From contig JBNJFB010000005.1 of NCBI GenBank assembly GCA_051746405.1, forward strand, positions 9,914 through 73,913: DNA of 64,000 bases. Reading direction: 5' to 3'. Both the position numbers and the translations under genes were made by a program. The stretch is from Campylobacterota bacterium (GTDB lineage Bacteria; Campylobacterota; Campylobacteria; Campylobacterales; Arcobacteraceae). Positions 42,238 to 52,743 of this stretch are shown here, one piece after another. Position 1 is the first letter of the stretch. Every line of letters begins with the position of its first letter. The notes beneath the pieces were generated by a model. It was not told the DNA's origin and did not search any database. It saw only the letters and a list, made by a program, of their open reading frames with translations.

Positions 42238-43080
42238 TTAATTTAAAAAGCTATCTTCTACTGCTTGTATCTCTTTTTTAGAACCAAAATAAAAAGGTGT
42301 TTTTTGCTGTATTGATACATTTGTCATATCAAGGATTCGTCCCTTATGACTTATAGCTCGTCCCCCTGCTTCTTCAATAATATATGAAATTGGAAAAGCT
42401 TCAAATATAATATCATGAACTCCATCAGGAAAAGATTTTGTAGCTGGACTTGAATATACTCCCCCTTTTTTAAACAAAATTTGGTGCGTATCCAAAGCCA
42501 AAGAGTCAGAAAACCTAAGCCTATAACCCTCATTAAAAAATGAATCTATAAGCTCTTTATGCTCACTTGTCCACTCATTTGGTAATCCACCAGTTGAGTT
42601 TATTTTTCCAGAATTTTCTAGTTTTAGAGGGTCTTGTTCTATAAACTCTCCATTTTCATAGGAAAAGTAAATCACCCCTTCTTGCTTTGAAGCAAATACT
42701 AGTTGGAAAGTTGGACCATAGGTTATATACATTGCAGCTTTTAAGTGAAAAGCATCCATATGATTTTCATAAATTCCAAAAATAGTACCTAAAGAGAAAT
42801 CAACATCTATTAAATCTAGATTATCAATTGCAACATAACTAATCTTATACTTGCCATTTTCATTTATTGTTGTATATTTTTTAGAATATTTACCAATAAA
42901 ACCATGCACTGATTTAACTTTTTTGAACTCTGTTCTTATTACCTTTGAACAATACTCATTTACTCTATCATGCATCTGCTCATCGCTTAATCCACTTGAG
43001 ATAAATTTATCACAATCTGTAAAGACATTTTTTTCAATATCTTCTGCAATATTTGTTATGGCGTTGAAAACTGCTATCAT
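42238..43080 (-). CDS. Class-I fructose-1,6-bisphosphatase-like protein with degenerate catalytic motifs
   Basis: GTIFGIY, YGP, FEAFPISYIIEEAGG and TPFYFGS match the fold; the DPLDGSS motif is replaced by DNLD. Confidence 0.75.
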   Translation of the reverse strand: MIAVFNAITNIAEDIEKNVFTDCDKFISSGLSDEQMHDRVNEYCSKVIRTEFKKVKSVHGFIGKYSKKYTTINENGKYKISYVAIDNLDLIDVDFSLGTIFGIYENHMDAFHLKAAMYITYGPTFQLVFASKQEGVIYFSYENGEFIEQDPLKLENSGKINSTGGLPNEWTSEHKELIDSFFNEGYRLRFSDSLALDTHQILFKKGGVYSSPATKSFPDGVHDIIFEAFPISYIIEEAGGRAISHKGRILDMTNVSIQQKTPFYFGSKKEIQAVEDSFLN

Positions 43081-43098
43081 TTATATAAACCCTAACTT

Positions 43099-43131
43099 AT
43101 TATAATTTGTCAATTGACATTGTTTCTTACA
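43099..43131 (-). promoter_or_regulatory. Weaker shared box plus -10 for the FBPase-like gene
   Basis: TGTAAGAAACAATGTCA-N10-TATAAT; overlaps the palindrome TGTCAATTGACA (43108-43119). Confidence 0.5.
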
Positions 43132-43160
43132 ATAATACCAAGTAATTCATTAAAGATTGA

Positions 43161-43976
43161 TTACTTAGCTTCTTTTTTTGTTCCCTCTAAACTCCCATTT
43201 TCCAACTTTGAGAGTTTTATTTTAATACTGTTTTTACAAAAAGCACTTTTAATAATTTCTTGTTCCAAAAACATCTTCAACTGTTTGTTTTTACCAACAC
43301 TTCCACCTAAAACTAAATCAGAAAAATCAAATAAACTTATGGCAGTATGAAAGGCATGTGCCAAACCATCATAAAAATTATCTATAATTATTTTACTTTC
43401 AGGTGTATTTAGTTTATGCAATTTATCAAGCCTATGATAGTATGAAGTTATTTTATAATACTCACACCATCTTTTTATAGCACTACCACTTACACTTAGT
43501 TCAATACAATCATCTCTACCACATCCACATACAAATGGTGTTTTTTTAAAAGGGATATGTCCTATCTCCCCACTTTGATTATTTACCCCTCGTACAAGTT
43601 TCCCATCGTCAAGAAAAGCACCTCCAAAGCCTGTTCCAATATAAAAAAGTGCCATTGATTTTGAGCCAGTACTTTTATGTTCTGCTATTGCTGCACAGTT
43701 TAAATCATTATCTATTTTTAGTGCAATTTTGTAAGTATCATTTATATATTTTTTAATATTAAAATTTTCTATAGCTATACTTGGAGATTTAACTATAACC
43801 CCATCTTTTACTTGACCCGCGAAGCTTATAGATATAAACTCTATTTGTTTATTTTTATTTATAATATCATCTAAAAAAGTTTTTAAGTCAACTGTTTTAC
43901 TTCCAAGTGATATAATTTGACCATTATCAAACTGATATCTAAAATTTGTACCACCAAAATCTATATAAAGATTCAT
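43161..43976 (-). CDS. ROK-family sugar kinase (probable glucokinase)
   Basis: IDFGGT, DNDLNCAA, GTGFGG, GEIGH and CGCGRDDCIE; no N-terminal HTH. Confidence 0.88.
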   Translation of the reverse strand: MNLYIDFGGTNFRYQFDNGQIISLGSKTVDLKTFLDDIINKNKQIEFISISFAGQVKDGVIVKSPSIAIENFNIKKYINDTYKIALKIDNDLNCAAIAEHKSTGSKSMALFYIGTGFGGAFLDDGKLVRGVNNQSGEIGHIPFKKTPFVCGCGRDDCIELSVSGSAIKRWCEYYKITSYYHRLDKLHKLNTPESKIIIDNFYDGLAHAFHTAISLFDFSDLVLGGSVGKNKQLKMFLEQEIIKSAFCKNSIKIKLSKLENGSLEGTKKEAK

Positions 43977-43983
43977 ACTAAAC

Positions 43984-44964
43984 TTAACTCTCTTTTAATA
44001 TTTTTGCAGCAGTTTCAGGCAAAAAAGTATTTATCATAATATCACTATCAAGCTCAAATCCAGCAGTTTTGTACAATCTTGGTATAATTTGAATATGAAA
44101 TCTATTAGAGTTATGAGTATCTTGTATAGCTCCATTTTTTATAAGCATATTAAAATCACACTCACCCAAAGCTTTTTTGAGCTTTATAAAACAGTATTGT
44201 ATAATTTCACTTAAGGAGTAAATCCCTATATCATCTAAATCTAAAATAGAAGATATTTCACCAGTTGCAACTATATTTATCTCAAATGAATAACTTGAAG
44301 CATAAGGACAAAATGCTATAAAGTAGTTATTCTCAAAAAGTAACCCTTTCATAAAGGTTTTCTCTTCATAAATTAAATCATCAAAAAAACATCTATTTGT
44401 TTCTTGCTTATATTTACTATACTCTTCAAGGTCAGATGCAATCGTTTTAGGAATAAATGGCGTTGCTATAAGTTGTGAATGGGAATGCAAGATAGATGCC
44501 CCACCATCTTGTCCATAATTTTTAAATATTGAAAAATAATTCAATCTTATATCTTTTTTAAGGTCATTAATACGAAGTTTTATGATACTAAAATAATCAA
44601 AAAACTCATCAATTGAAAAATCAAACATTTGATGACTATGGACAGGAGTTTCTATGATAACTTCATGTGCTCCAAAAGCACTCATATTTTCAAAACATCC
44701 TGTTCTATATGATTTTACCTCTTTATCAATACTTAATGCATGATATAAATTTGGAACCACTCTGCATTTCCAGTTTTGCAAAGTACCAATTCTAGCTAGC
44801 TCATTAGGTGTTTGCTCTTCATTTCCTTTCTCAAAAGGACAACTTTCTATATCTTTTTTTGTATGATTATCATCATTTCTATTAAAACTAAAAGGTCTTC
44901 TTGCTCTATTTGGAGCAAATAAAACCCAATTTTTTGTTAGCTTATTATATCTAAATTCTGACAT
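43984..44964 (-). CDS. GalT-like nucleotidyltransferase (possible ADP-glucose phosphorylase type; start at ATG 44964)
   Basis: MSEFRYN...RARRP, CPF, VPNLY, HEVIIETP and GASILHSHSQ (HxHxQ). Confidence 0.85.
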   Translation of the reverse strand: MSEFRYNKLTKNWVLFAPNRARRPFSFNRNDDNHTKKDIESCPFEKGNEEQTPNELARIGTLQNWKCRVVPNLYHALSIDKEVKSYRTGCFENMSAFGAHEVIIETPVHSHQMFDFSIDEFFDYFSIIKLRINDLKKDIRLNYFSIFKNYGQDGGASILHSHSQLIATPFIPKTIASDLEEYSKYKQETNRCFFDDLIYEEKTFMKGLLFENNYFIAFCPYASSYSFEINIVATGEISSILDLDDIGIYSLSEIIQYCFIKLKKALGECDFNMLIKNGAIQDTHNSNRFHIQIIPRLYKTAGFELDSDIMINTFLPETAAKILKES

Positions 44965-47051
44965 TATATGTACCAATTCTTTAAATCTAAATTTTCTATA
45001 TCTATTATAAAACTATTATATAATGGGAAAGATTGAACTTTATTCGCCCCTTCAAATATAGAAAACTTAAAATCTATTTTTTTTCCTACTGTTAACTGTT
45101 TTGATGAAAACTCTATTTGTATACTATTTTCCAATGAAAAAACATTACAAGAGATATCTTCTTGAATAATATTTTGCTTACCTTTTGTAACAAATATTTC
45201 AAACTCCTTATCATTTAAAGTAACTATTAATGATATTTTTTTAAAAAGCTTTGCAAAATTTCCATCAAAAAAGAGATAAAATTTCCCTACATTATAACCA
45301 TATTTAATATTTTTTACTATATTTTTAGAGCTATCCATAACTGAAAACTCTTTTTTTATATCAATAAAACCACTATTTATCCACTCAAAATAATTACTTT
45401 TATCACAAGCTAGGTTTTGATAAATAAAACTTAAAGGTTTTGTATGAAAACCATTATTTGAAGTGTCATCAACAATTGGTCTTAATATTTCTAAAGGTGT
45501 TGGAAGCTTTAGATACTCATAAATATTTATAAGGTGCGTTCTAAAAAATGTATCAAACTCTTTGGACTGAACAGTAAAATGGTCATCTCCATACCACCAA
45601 AACCAATCACTTGCCAATGCCACCATAAATTCATTTTCAATAAGCTGTAGAGTTTTTTTATCTAAAGAGTTTTTATATTTATCAAAATCCCTTTTTGTAA
45701 TACTTAAAAGCTCCCAAGCTCTATTTTTTTGTTTACTTCCTATCCAAATATCAAAGTTTCCATTTATCCAACTTCCACTATGTATATGTGATAATGTTTC
45801 GCATACTATTTGTTTATCATGAGTTACTTCATCCATTGTTACTGTTTCTATCCAAGAAGTACTTTCAAATAAGCTATATAGTTCATTAAAAAACTCAAAT
45901 GCATTATTTGGAAAAAACTCCCAAGCATTTTCTCCATCAAGTATAACATTAACTAATGGCATAAAATCACATGAGTTATATATCTCTTGCAAATGCTCTA
46001 CAAATCTTTTTGCAGCTACTTTTGGTTCTATATTACTATACTCAAAACCTATTAAGTCACTTAAGTAATGGTCTCTAAATCTCACATCAATAACACCATT
46101 TTGTGTTTGTAACTGATAATTTTTATAGATATCTTTTTTCTCTCTTTTGTTAGGTGATTTAAAAAGAGTCTCTTCATCACTACAAAACCATTGCAAACCA
46201 TTTTTTGTAAATAATTCAGCAGTATCCTGACTTACACTACCCTCTGCAGGCCAAAAACCCTTTGTTTTCTTTCCAAATCTATTTTCAAAAAATTGTATTG
46301 CATCTTCTGTATTTTTTATACCAAACTCCTTAAAAGAAGCTAACTTTTCTGGCATAACCACATCATGTTTTGCTTTTTTTGCATTTGAAAAGTCAAGTAA
46401 TAATGGTGTGATTGGATGAAAATAAGGAGTGGTACAAACTGTTATTTTATTCTCACTATCTAACTTTTTATACAACTGTATTATAGATGGTAAAAATGCA
46501 ACTAGTTCATTTATAAGTTTTATTTTCTCTTCTTGTGAAAAATTATCTCCTTTTGCTAAAAGGAACTTAACCTCTTCATTGGAAGTTCTTAAATATACAC
46601 CACACCATGATAAAAGAAATAATACCTGTGTATCTAAAAGCTCACTAGAACTAAAATCTTGTATAGTTTTATGTGTATTGTATTTTAAATAAAGCTCATA
46701 ATATCTTTTAAGAGGTTTTATCATATTTTTTTCATTTGATAAAAAAAGATAACTTTGAAGATACTCTTTATCATGAGTAGTAAGGTTTACTATATCTTTT
46801 TTTAAAGTCTCAAGTAGTTTATCATTTGCACTATTATCTATATATGACTCTATTTGACGCACTAATGAGGGAACTAGGTTAAAAGTAGTTTTAAGATTAG
46901 GAAATAAACTACCATACCAAGGTATATCATAATAGTCTTTTATTGAGTGTAAAAATACCCAAGGAAACAGTGTTTTATCTGACTTATCATCTTTATAATA
47001 TGGCTGATGCATATGCCATAAAAATGCTAGTTTTAATTTTTTTTCACTCAT
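44964..47051 (-). CDS. GH57 glycoside hydrolase, amylopullulanase-like
   Basis: HMHQP, GFWPAEG (nucleophile Glu), LDGENAWE (acid/base Asp) and ASDWFWW. Confidence 0.88.
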   Translation of the reverse strand: MSEKKLKLAFLWHMHQPYYKDDKSDKTLFPWVFLHSIKDYYDIPWYGSLFPNLKTTFNLVPSLVRQIESYIDNSANDKLLETLKKDIVNLTTHDKEYLQSYLFLSNEKNMIKPLKRYYELYLKYNTHKTIQDFSSSELLDTQVLFLLSWCGVYLRTSNEEVKFLLAKGDNFSQEEKIKLINELVAFLPSIIQLYKKLDSENKITVCTTPYFHPITPLLLDFSNAKKAKHDVVMPEKLASFKEFGIKNTEDAIQFFENRFGKKTKGFWPAEGSVSQDTAELFTKNGLQWFCSDEETLFKSPNKREKKDIYKNYQLQTQNGVIDVRFRDHYLSDLIGFEYSNIEPKVAAKRFVEHLQEIYNSCDFMPLVNVILDGENAWEFFPNNAFEFFNELYSLFESTSWIETVTMDEVTHDKQIVCETLSHIHSGSWINGNFDIWIGSKQKNRAWELLSITKRDFDKYKNSLDKKTLQLIENEFMVALASDWFWWYGDDHFTVQSKEFDTFFRTHLINIYEYLKLPTPLEILRPIVDDTSNNGFHTKPLSFIYQNLACDKSNYFEWINSGFIDIKKEFSVMDSSKNIVKNIKYGYNVGKFYLFFDGNFAKLFKKISLIVTLNDKEFEIFVTKGKQNIIQEDISCNVFSLENSIQIEFSSKQLTVGKKIDFKFSIFEGANKVQSFPLYNSFIIDIENLDLKNWYI

Positions 47052-47057
47052 GATTTA

Positions 47058-49049
47058 TTATATATCTTTTATTGTAAATTGCATTATTGTATTGAAACTT
47101 TTAACAAAATCAAATACAAAACCAAAACTTATCCCTTGATTTGTAATATCAAGCCCTTTTTCACTTTGACTAATAGTGTTTAGTGGTACTATTAATATAT
47201 CAATATCTTTTTGAAAACTAAAACTTATTATCTTTTTTGTATATCTATCTTTAATTATAAGTTCACTTGTATGTAGCTTTAAAGTTGATTGATTATCTTC
47301 TAAGATAAGATTATTAAAACTCACTTCTTGTATATTAGCAAAATGTAGATTCCACTCATGAAAATAGTAAAGTTTTTTAGTAAAACTACTCTTTAAGCCT
47401 ATGTCTATTTCTATACTATTTTTTAAAAATTTATAAGATTTTTCAATCTTTGTATCAAACTTCTTATCTAAATAGATACCACCATCTCTTTTTAAAGAGA
47501 TTTTTTTTGATCTATTTTTACTCTCTTCATAAGGCTGATTTGCAAAATCTCCTAACTCATGAAAACTATTATTAAAAAAGCTTTCACAGGATATTGCATT
47601 TACAATATGATCAATAGCTGATTTTTTTAAATACCAATCTATAATAATCTTCATATCTTCTTTTAGTAGAAGTTTATTATCGTGAATAGTTATTAACTCT
47701 TCTTTTTCTTCTAAACTACTATCACCTATTACTATTTCCTTATGATAGGCTTCTTCATGTCTTGTGAGTGTATTTTGTAGATTATATTTTTCATCTAATA
47801 AATCAAGTTCAACTATTTGTCCTCCATGTTTAGATGATATAATAGTAAGAAGGTTTTCACTTTTAAATTTATATTCATCATACCCATCCATATCAATATC
47901 AATAGTCTCTTTTGATGTTTTAAGCATGGTTTCACAATCTATTATATACTTATATGTATTATCTCTTAAATTTGGAAGATATATACCTCCAAATACACCA
48001 TGCCATAATACATCATTACATTGTGATTTATAAAGTGCTTCTTTATATTTTGTACTTGTACCTTGTTTGTTAGAAAGTTCTAAAAATCTTTTTTGAATCC
48101 AGTTACTCTCTTGATATTTATTAAAAAAATTCTTCCATGTGCCCCCATTAATAAAATGAGATAGCTCTCTTTGAGAATTCATTAATGAGTCAACTTTAAT
48201 TGCTTCAGCACACTTTAATGACCACTTCCCCATTTCTGAATATGATACTGTTGGTAAATATACCAAACCTAAAGGTTTATTTTCCATATAGTAGTCTTTA
48301 AACGTTTTACACTCTATTTTCTCATCTGCTAAAGTTTGAGTAATAAAATCTTCTAACCATTTTTTTTCATATACTGTCTCATATGTTTTTGGCCATATTC
48401 CAAACTTTTCCCCATCATCAAAAAGAATAGCTGCATTTTTTCCTTGTGTATTCTCAAAACTATGAAGAAGATTATTTGTAGTTTCTAAATCATAAAAAGG
48501 AATAGCATATCGTAACTCTTGATTTATAGGAAATATCCCTATAGAGTCACCGCCCTCTTCTGTAATGAAATATCCTGTTGTATCTTTAACATCAACTCCT
48601 GTAGAAATAAGATGATAATCATCTACTATTACATACTCAACGTTACACTGCTTTATATCTCTTATAATACTATTGTCCCAAACCCTTTCAGTAAGCCATA
48701 GACCTTTTGGAGTTTGGTTAAAGTGTTTTTTTATATAGTTTGATAGCTTTTTTATTTGAGCTATTCTATCTACAGCTGGAATAGAGGCTAAAATTGGCTC
48801 ATAAAACCCTCCTGTAAAAAACTCTATTTGTTTTGATAGTGATTTTATAAGTGAAAAAAGCTCCTTATCATTTTTTTGTATAAACTCTAAAAGCCATCCA
48901 CTAAAATGAACAGAAAATTTAAAATCAGGAAACTTTTGAACTGTTTGAAAAAAAGGCTTATAAGATTTCTCAATCGCATCATATATTACATAATCAAAAT
49001 TATCAATTGGTTGATGAGAGTGAACCCCTAAAAGAAATGTTGTTTTCAT
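47058..49049 (-). CDS. GH57 4-alpha-glucanotransferase/alpha-amylase
   Basis: HSHQP, GLWLTERVW, FDDGEKFG and QCNDVLWHGVFGGIY. Confidence 0.88.
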   Translation of the reverse strand: MKTTFLLGVHSHQPIDNFDYVIYDAIEKSYKPFFQTVQKFPDFKFSVHFSGWLLEFIQKNDKELFSLIKSLSKQIEFFTGGFYEPILASIPAVDRIAQIKKLSNYIKKHFNQTPKGLWLTERVWDNSIIRDIKQCNVEYVIVDDYHLISTGVDVKDTTGYFITEEGGDSIGIFPINQELRYAIPFYDLETTNNLLHSFENTQGKNAAILFDDGEKFGIWPKTYETVYEKKWLEDFITQTLADEKIECKTFKDYYMENKPLGLVYLPTVSYSEMGKWSLKCAEAIKVDSLMNSQRELSHFINGGTWKNFFNKYQESNWIQKRFLELSNKQGTSTKYKEALYKSQCNDVLWHGVFGGIYLPNLRDNTYKYIIDCETMLKTSKETIDIDMDGYDEYKFKSENLLTIISSKHGGQIVELDLLDEKYNLQNTLTRHEEAYHKEIVIGDSSLEEKEELITIHDNKLLLKEDMKIIIDWYLKKSAIDHIVNAISCESFFNNSFHELGDFANQPYEESKNRSKKISLKRDGGIYLDKKFDTKIEKSYKFLKNSIEIDIGLKSSFTKKLYYFHEWNLHFANIQEVSFNNLILEDNQSTLKLHTSELIIKDRYTKKIISFSFQKDIDILIVPLNTISQSEKGLDITNQGISFGFVFDFVKSFNTIMQFTIKDI

Positions 49050-49076
49050 ATTTTAACCCCTTATTTGGTTGTACTA

Positions 49077-49109
49077 ATGTTATTCTTATTTAATCACAGT
49101 TTAATTACA
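49077..49109 (-). promoter_or_regulatory. Shared box plus -10 for GH57-GH57-galT-ROK
   Basis: TGTAATTAAACTGTGAT-N10-TAACAT on the minus strand. Confidence 0.75.
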
Positions 49110-49110
49110 A

Positions 49111-50535
49111 TTACTGATATAGCTCTATATATCTTAAAGCAGAGTGTTCCCAGGAGTTATCAACTGCCATATTATGCTTTGAAATAGTTTCAAACTTTTG
49201 ATGATTTGCATAGAGACTTAAAGCTTTTGCAATAGCATGCATAAACCAAAAGATATTTTGCTCTTCATATGTGATACCTATACCTATATACTCATTAAGA
49301 CTTGAATAATCCACATCTGTAAAATCAACCACACTATCTTTAAGTCCTCCAGTTTTTGCAACTATTGGTAAAACACCATATTTCATACCTATCATTTGAT
49401 TCAATCCACAAGGTTCAAAAATAGATGGCATAAGTAAAAAATCCGCAGCTGCATATAGTTTTCTTGAAAAACTCTCTTCATATCCAACTTTTATATAAAC
49501 ATTAGGATAACTAACGGAAATATTATTGAAAATTGTTTCGTAATGCTTTTCTCCACTTCCAAGTATGATAAAGTTTGCTTCAAAATCTTTTAAAAGATTT
49601 AAACTCTCTATAAGTAAATCAATACCTTTTTGATTTGTAAACCTACCTATAAAAATAAAAAGTGGCTTTTGACTGCGTTTAAAACCTATATCTGCTAAAA
49701 GTTGTTGTTTATTTTCATTTTTATTTTTATAGTTTTTTAGTGTAAACTTTTTATATATATTTAAATCAATTTTAGGATTAAACACCTCATAGCTTATTCC
49801 ATTTAAGATTCCAGAAAGTTTATAATTGTTTGCAATAAGTGTGTGCTCTAAGTCATTACCAAAAAGCTTTGTTTGAATCTCATTTGCATATGTGGGACTA
49901 ACAGTTGTGATTTTATCACTATAAAAAATACCAGCTTTAAGAAAATTTACTTCATCGTGATACTCTAAAGCTTCTTTCTTAAAACACTTATCCCAAGAAA
50001 GTTCAAGTAAATCAACACTATTTTTTGGATAAATTCCTTGATAAGCAAGATTATGAATAGTAAGAATTATCTTTTGTGATAACTTATATTTTGTTTTTGC
50101 CAATAGTGCAATCAGTGCTGTTTGCCAATCGTTTATATGAATAGCAGATATTTCTAAATTCATATGAAAAATTACTTCTATACATGCATAAGAAAAGAGT
50201 CCAAACCTTAAAGCATTGTCACCAAAATCACCATATCCATCATAATACAGCCCTTCTCTATCACATAAAATTGGATTATATATAAAAAGTTCATATCTAT
50301 TATTTTTATTATGAAATATATCAAACTGATGGGATACACCATTTAAAGTATAATAAAATGTACAATGAGCGTACTGTAAATTAAACTTATTTCTATCTAT
50401 TGTTTGATAAAGTGGCAACACAGTATAAACATCTATGGTATTTCTTAATGCTTCAGGTAAACTTTGTGAAACATCACCAAGCCCACCACTTTTAGCATAA
50501 GGATACATCTCGCTTGTACAAAATAGTAGTGCCAT
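49111..50535 (-). CDS. glgA: Glycogen synthase, GT5 (start placed at ATG 50535)
   Basis: SEMYPYAKSGGLGDV, HINDWQT, TIHNLAYQG, GRFTNQKG and PSIFEPCGLNQM. Confidence 0.93.
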   Translation of the reverse strand: MALLFCTSEMYPYAKSGGLGDVSQSLPEALRNTIDVYTVLPLYQTIDRNKFNLQYAHCTFYYTLNGVSHQFDIFHNKNNRYELFIYNPILCDREGLYYDGYGDFGDNALRFGLFSYACIEVIFHMNLEISAIHINDWQTALIALLAKTKYKLSQKIILTIHNLAYQGIYPKNSVDLLELSWDKCFKKEALEYHDEVNFLKAGIFYSDKITTVSPTYANEIQTKLFGNDLEHTLIANNYKLSGILNGISYEVFNPKIDLNIYKKFTLKNYKNKNENKQQLLADIGFKRSQKPLFIFIGRFTNQKGIDLLIESLNLLKDFEANFIILGSGEKHYETIFNNISVSYPNVYIKVGYEESFSRKLYAAADFLLMPSIFEPCGLNQMIGMKYGVLPIVAKTGGLKDSVVDFTDVDYSSLNEYIGIGITYEEQNIFWFMHAIAKALSLYANHQKFETISKHNMAVDNSWEHSALRYIELYQ

Positions 50536-50536
50536 T

Positions 50537-52129
50537 TTATCTCTCCTTTTTTGTGCAGTATATTCTATAATCACAAAAACTAAATAGGGAGTTTTTAGAC
50601 TCAATCTCTTCTAAAAACTCATAATCTATATCTTCATTAATCATTTCTAATAACATTTGAAAATTACTTATATGCTCTTTTGTTCTTTTAATACTATATT
50701 CAGTAGCTGTTTGAGTTGTCATCAAAAATGCCCAATCACTACTTTGTGCTAGCAATAACTCTCTGTGCATTTGATTTAATAACCTTGTATTATTAGAACT
50801 TGTACCATCTTTATATCTATTTGCTAACTCTTCCATAGTATCAGCCATGTTATGCAAATGTCTATATATCCAAGAGTTTCCTTCATTTAACCATACATCA
50901 TAGTACCCCTTATCTCCCCATGATGAAGCAGATGGACTTATTACTTGATTTTGTGAATACATAGAGAGATACTCAAGAGGTGTTACAGCTTTAAAAACTT
51001 TATGCTTATCAATCTCTTTAAAAATATTGTAGATAAACTCAGGACCCTCAAACCACCAATGACCAAAAAGTTCAGCATCATATGGAGACACAACCATAGG
51101 AGTTCTGTTCATATTTGATTTTAAAAACTCAAATTGCTTATCTCTTTTAAAGTGAAAATCTTTTGCATGTTCCACTGTTTTTTGTGAAGCAATTAATGGA
51201 TTATATACCTCTTTATAATCAGTTTCCCCTGTTACTTTATGATATTTAAATCCAGTAAACTCTCTATTTCCACTAGGGTCAATATGCTCTTTTATATAAT
51301 CAAACTCTAAGTCATACCCAATATCTCTATAAAAATCTCTATAGTTGAGATCTCCTGGATAGCCCTCTTTTGAACTCCATACTTGCTTTGCAGAGTGAGG
51401 GTCTCTAGCAAAAGCTGCAACTTCATTTGTGGTATATACAGGTGCATAAACACCATTTGTAGATGTGGGATTGCCATATACTAAGCCATGTGAATCCATA
51501 AAGAAAAATTCAATTTCATTATCTTTTAAAATCTCATCAAGCCCTTCATAATATGCACACTCAGGGAGCCATATTCCTTTTGGAGCTTTTTTAAAATGCC
51601 TTTTATGAGACTCTACAGCTACTTCAATTTGAACTTCAACTGCTCTTTTATTTGGCTTTAAAAGAGGAAGAAAGCCATGGGTTGCAGCACAAGTTATAAC
51701 CTCTATTTTTCTAAGGTCATTAAAATATCTATATCCATTTAAAATATTCCTATCTAAAACATTTATAAAAAAATCTTTAGTTTTTGTATATAAGTCTTGA
51801 TAAAATAGAGCTAAATCCTTATAGTTTATATCATTTGCCGTTCTTTTAACCTCTTTTTTTGCTAAAAGAAGCTGATTTTTAAGATGATTTTCATATTTTT
51901 TCATAAGATGTTCATCATCTAACATCTGAGCTAGGGGAGGAGTTATAGAAATAGTAAGCCTAAAATCTATATTTTCAGACTCAAGTTGTTTAAGTCTGCT
52001 TAAAAGTGGTATATAACATTCAGTAATAGCCTCAAATAGCCAATGCTCTTCTAGAAAATAGTCATATTTTGGATGTTTTACAAACGGTAAATGTGAATGA
52101 AGTACTGGTACCCAATATCCTTTTATCAT
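50537..52129 (-). CDS. GH57 1,4-alpha-glucan branching enzyme (DUF1957 type)
   Basis: HSHLP, GIWLPECAY, PYDAELFGHWW and QSSDWAF. Confidence 0.9.
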   Translation of the reverse strand: MIKGYWVPVLHSHLPFVKHPKYDYFLEEHWLFEAITECYIPLLSRLKQLESENIDFRLTISITPPLAQMLDDEHLMKKYENHLKNQLLLAKKEVKRTANDINYKDLALFYQDLYTKTKDFFINVLDRNILNGYRYFNDLRKIEVITCAATHGFLPLLKPNKRAVEVQIEVAVESHKRHFKKAPKGIWLPECAYYEGLDEILKDNEIEFFFMDSHGLVYGNPTSTNGVYAPVYTTNEVAAFARDPHSAKQVWSSKEGYPGDLNYRDFYRDIGYDLEFDYIKEHIDPSGNREFTGFKYHKVTGETDYKEVYNPLIASQKTVEHAKDFHFKRDKQFEFLKSNMNRTPMVVSPYDAELFGHWWFEGPEFIYNIFKEIDKHKVFKAVTPLEYLSMYSQNQVISPSASSWGDKGYYDVWLNEGNSWIYRHLHNMADTMEELANRYKDGTSSNNTRLLNQMHRELLLAQSSDWAFLMTTQTATEYSIKRTKEHISNFQMLLEMINEDIDYEFLEEIESKNSLFSFCDYRIYCTKKER

Positions 52130-52665
52130 AGTTTTTCTCCTAAATCTTTAGAGCTTAAATACTCACAAGATATATTACTATACTCTTGTATTCTTTTAGT
52201 TTTTTTTAGATAAGTTGCATAAATAATATCTTTATTAATAATTTTTATATTATCTGATTCCATAAGATTTTTAATTATCATACCGTCTTTATAAACAGCT
52301 ATAACTTTTATCTCTTTTAAAGATGAATTTGTAGTATCTATATTATAAAAATACTCACCATATAAATATTCACACTTTATATTAGCAAGTAAATTCTGTT
52401 TTTGATCAACTATATGAAAAAAAATATCATCTAAACTTATACTATTTTTATCTAAAAACTCCTCTGTAAACTCCCAATAAAAATATGATCTACTTTTATT
52501 TACAGGTAGCATTACCAATTTATTTTTATAATATCTTGTTGGAATAATATAATCTTTTTCTTCAACTACATTATCTGCTACAATCGTATCAATAGAGTGT
52601 ATACTACTAGTAAAGTTTCCTGTAGTTAAACTTTCATTTATTAAATTCTCTTTCATATTTAGCAA
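52126..52665 (-). CDS. DUF4912-like protein
   Basis: PTRYYKNKLVMLPVN...YFYWE motif; lies directly upstream of the GH57 branching enzyme. Confidence 0.7.
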   Translation of the reverse strand: MLNMKENLINESLTTGNFTSSIHSIDTIVADNVVEEKDYIIPTRYYKNKLVMLPVNKSRSYFYWEFTEEFLDKNSISLDDIFFHIVDQKQNLLANIKCEYLYGEYFYNIDTTNSSLKEIKVIAVYKDGMIIKNLMESDNIKIINKDIIYATYLKKTKRIQEYSNISCEYLSSKDLGEKL

Positions 52666-52681
52666 TCTCCTTATATCATAA

Positions 52682-52714
52682 ATTATATCGCTAAATAGTT
52701 ACAAATCAGTTATA
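52682..52714 (-). promoter_or_regulatory. Shared box (three half-sites) plus -10 for DUF4912-branching enzyme-glgA
   Basis: TATAACTGATTTGTAAC-N10-TATAAT, with a further overlapping match TGTAACTATTTAGCGAT (52703-52687). Confidence 0.7.
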
Positions 52715-52743
52715 TAGAAAAAAATTTAAGGTTAAGGCTAATA

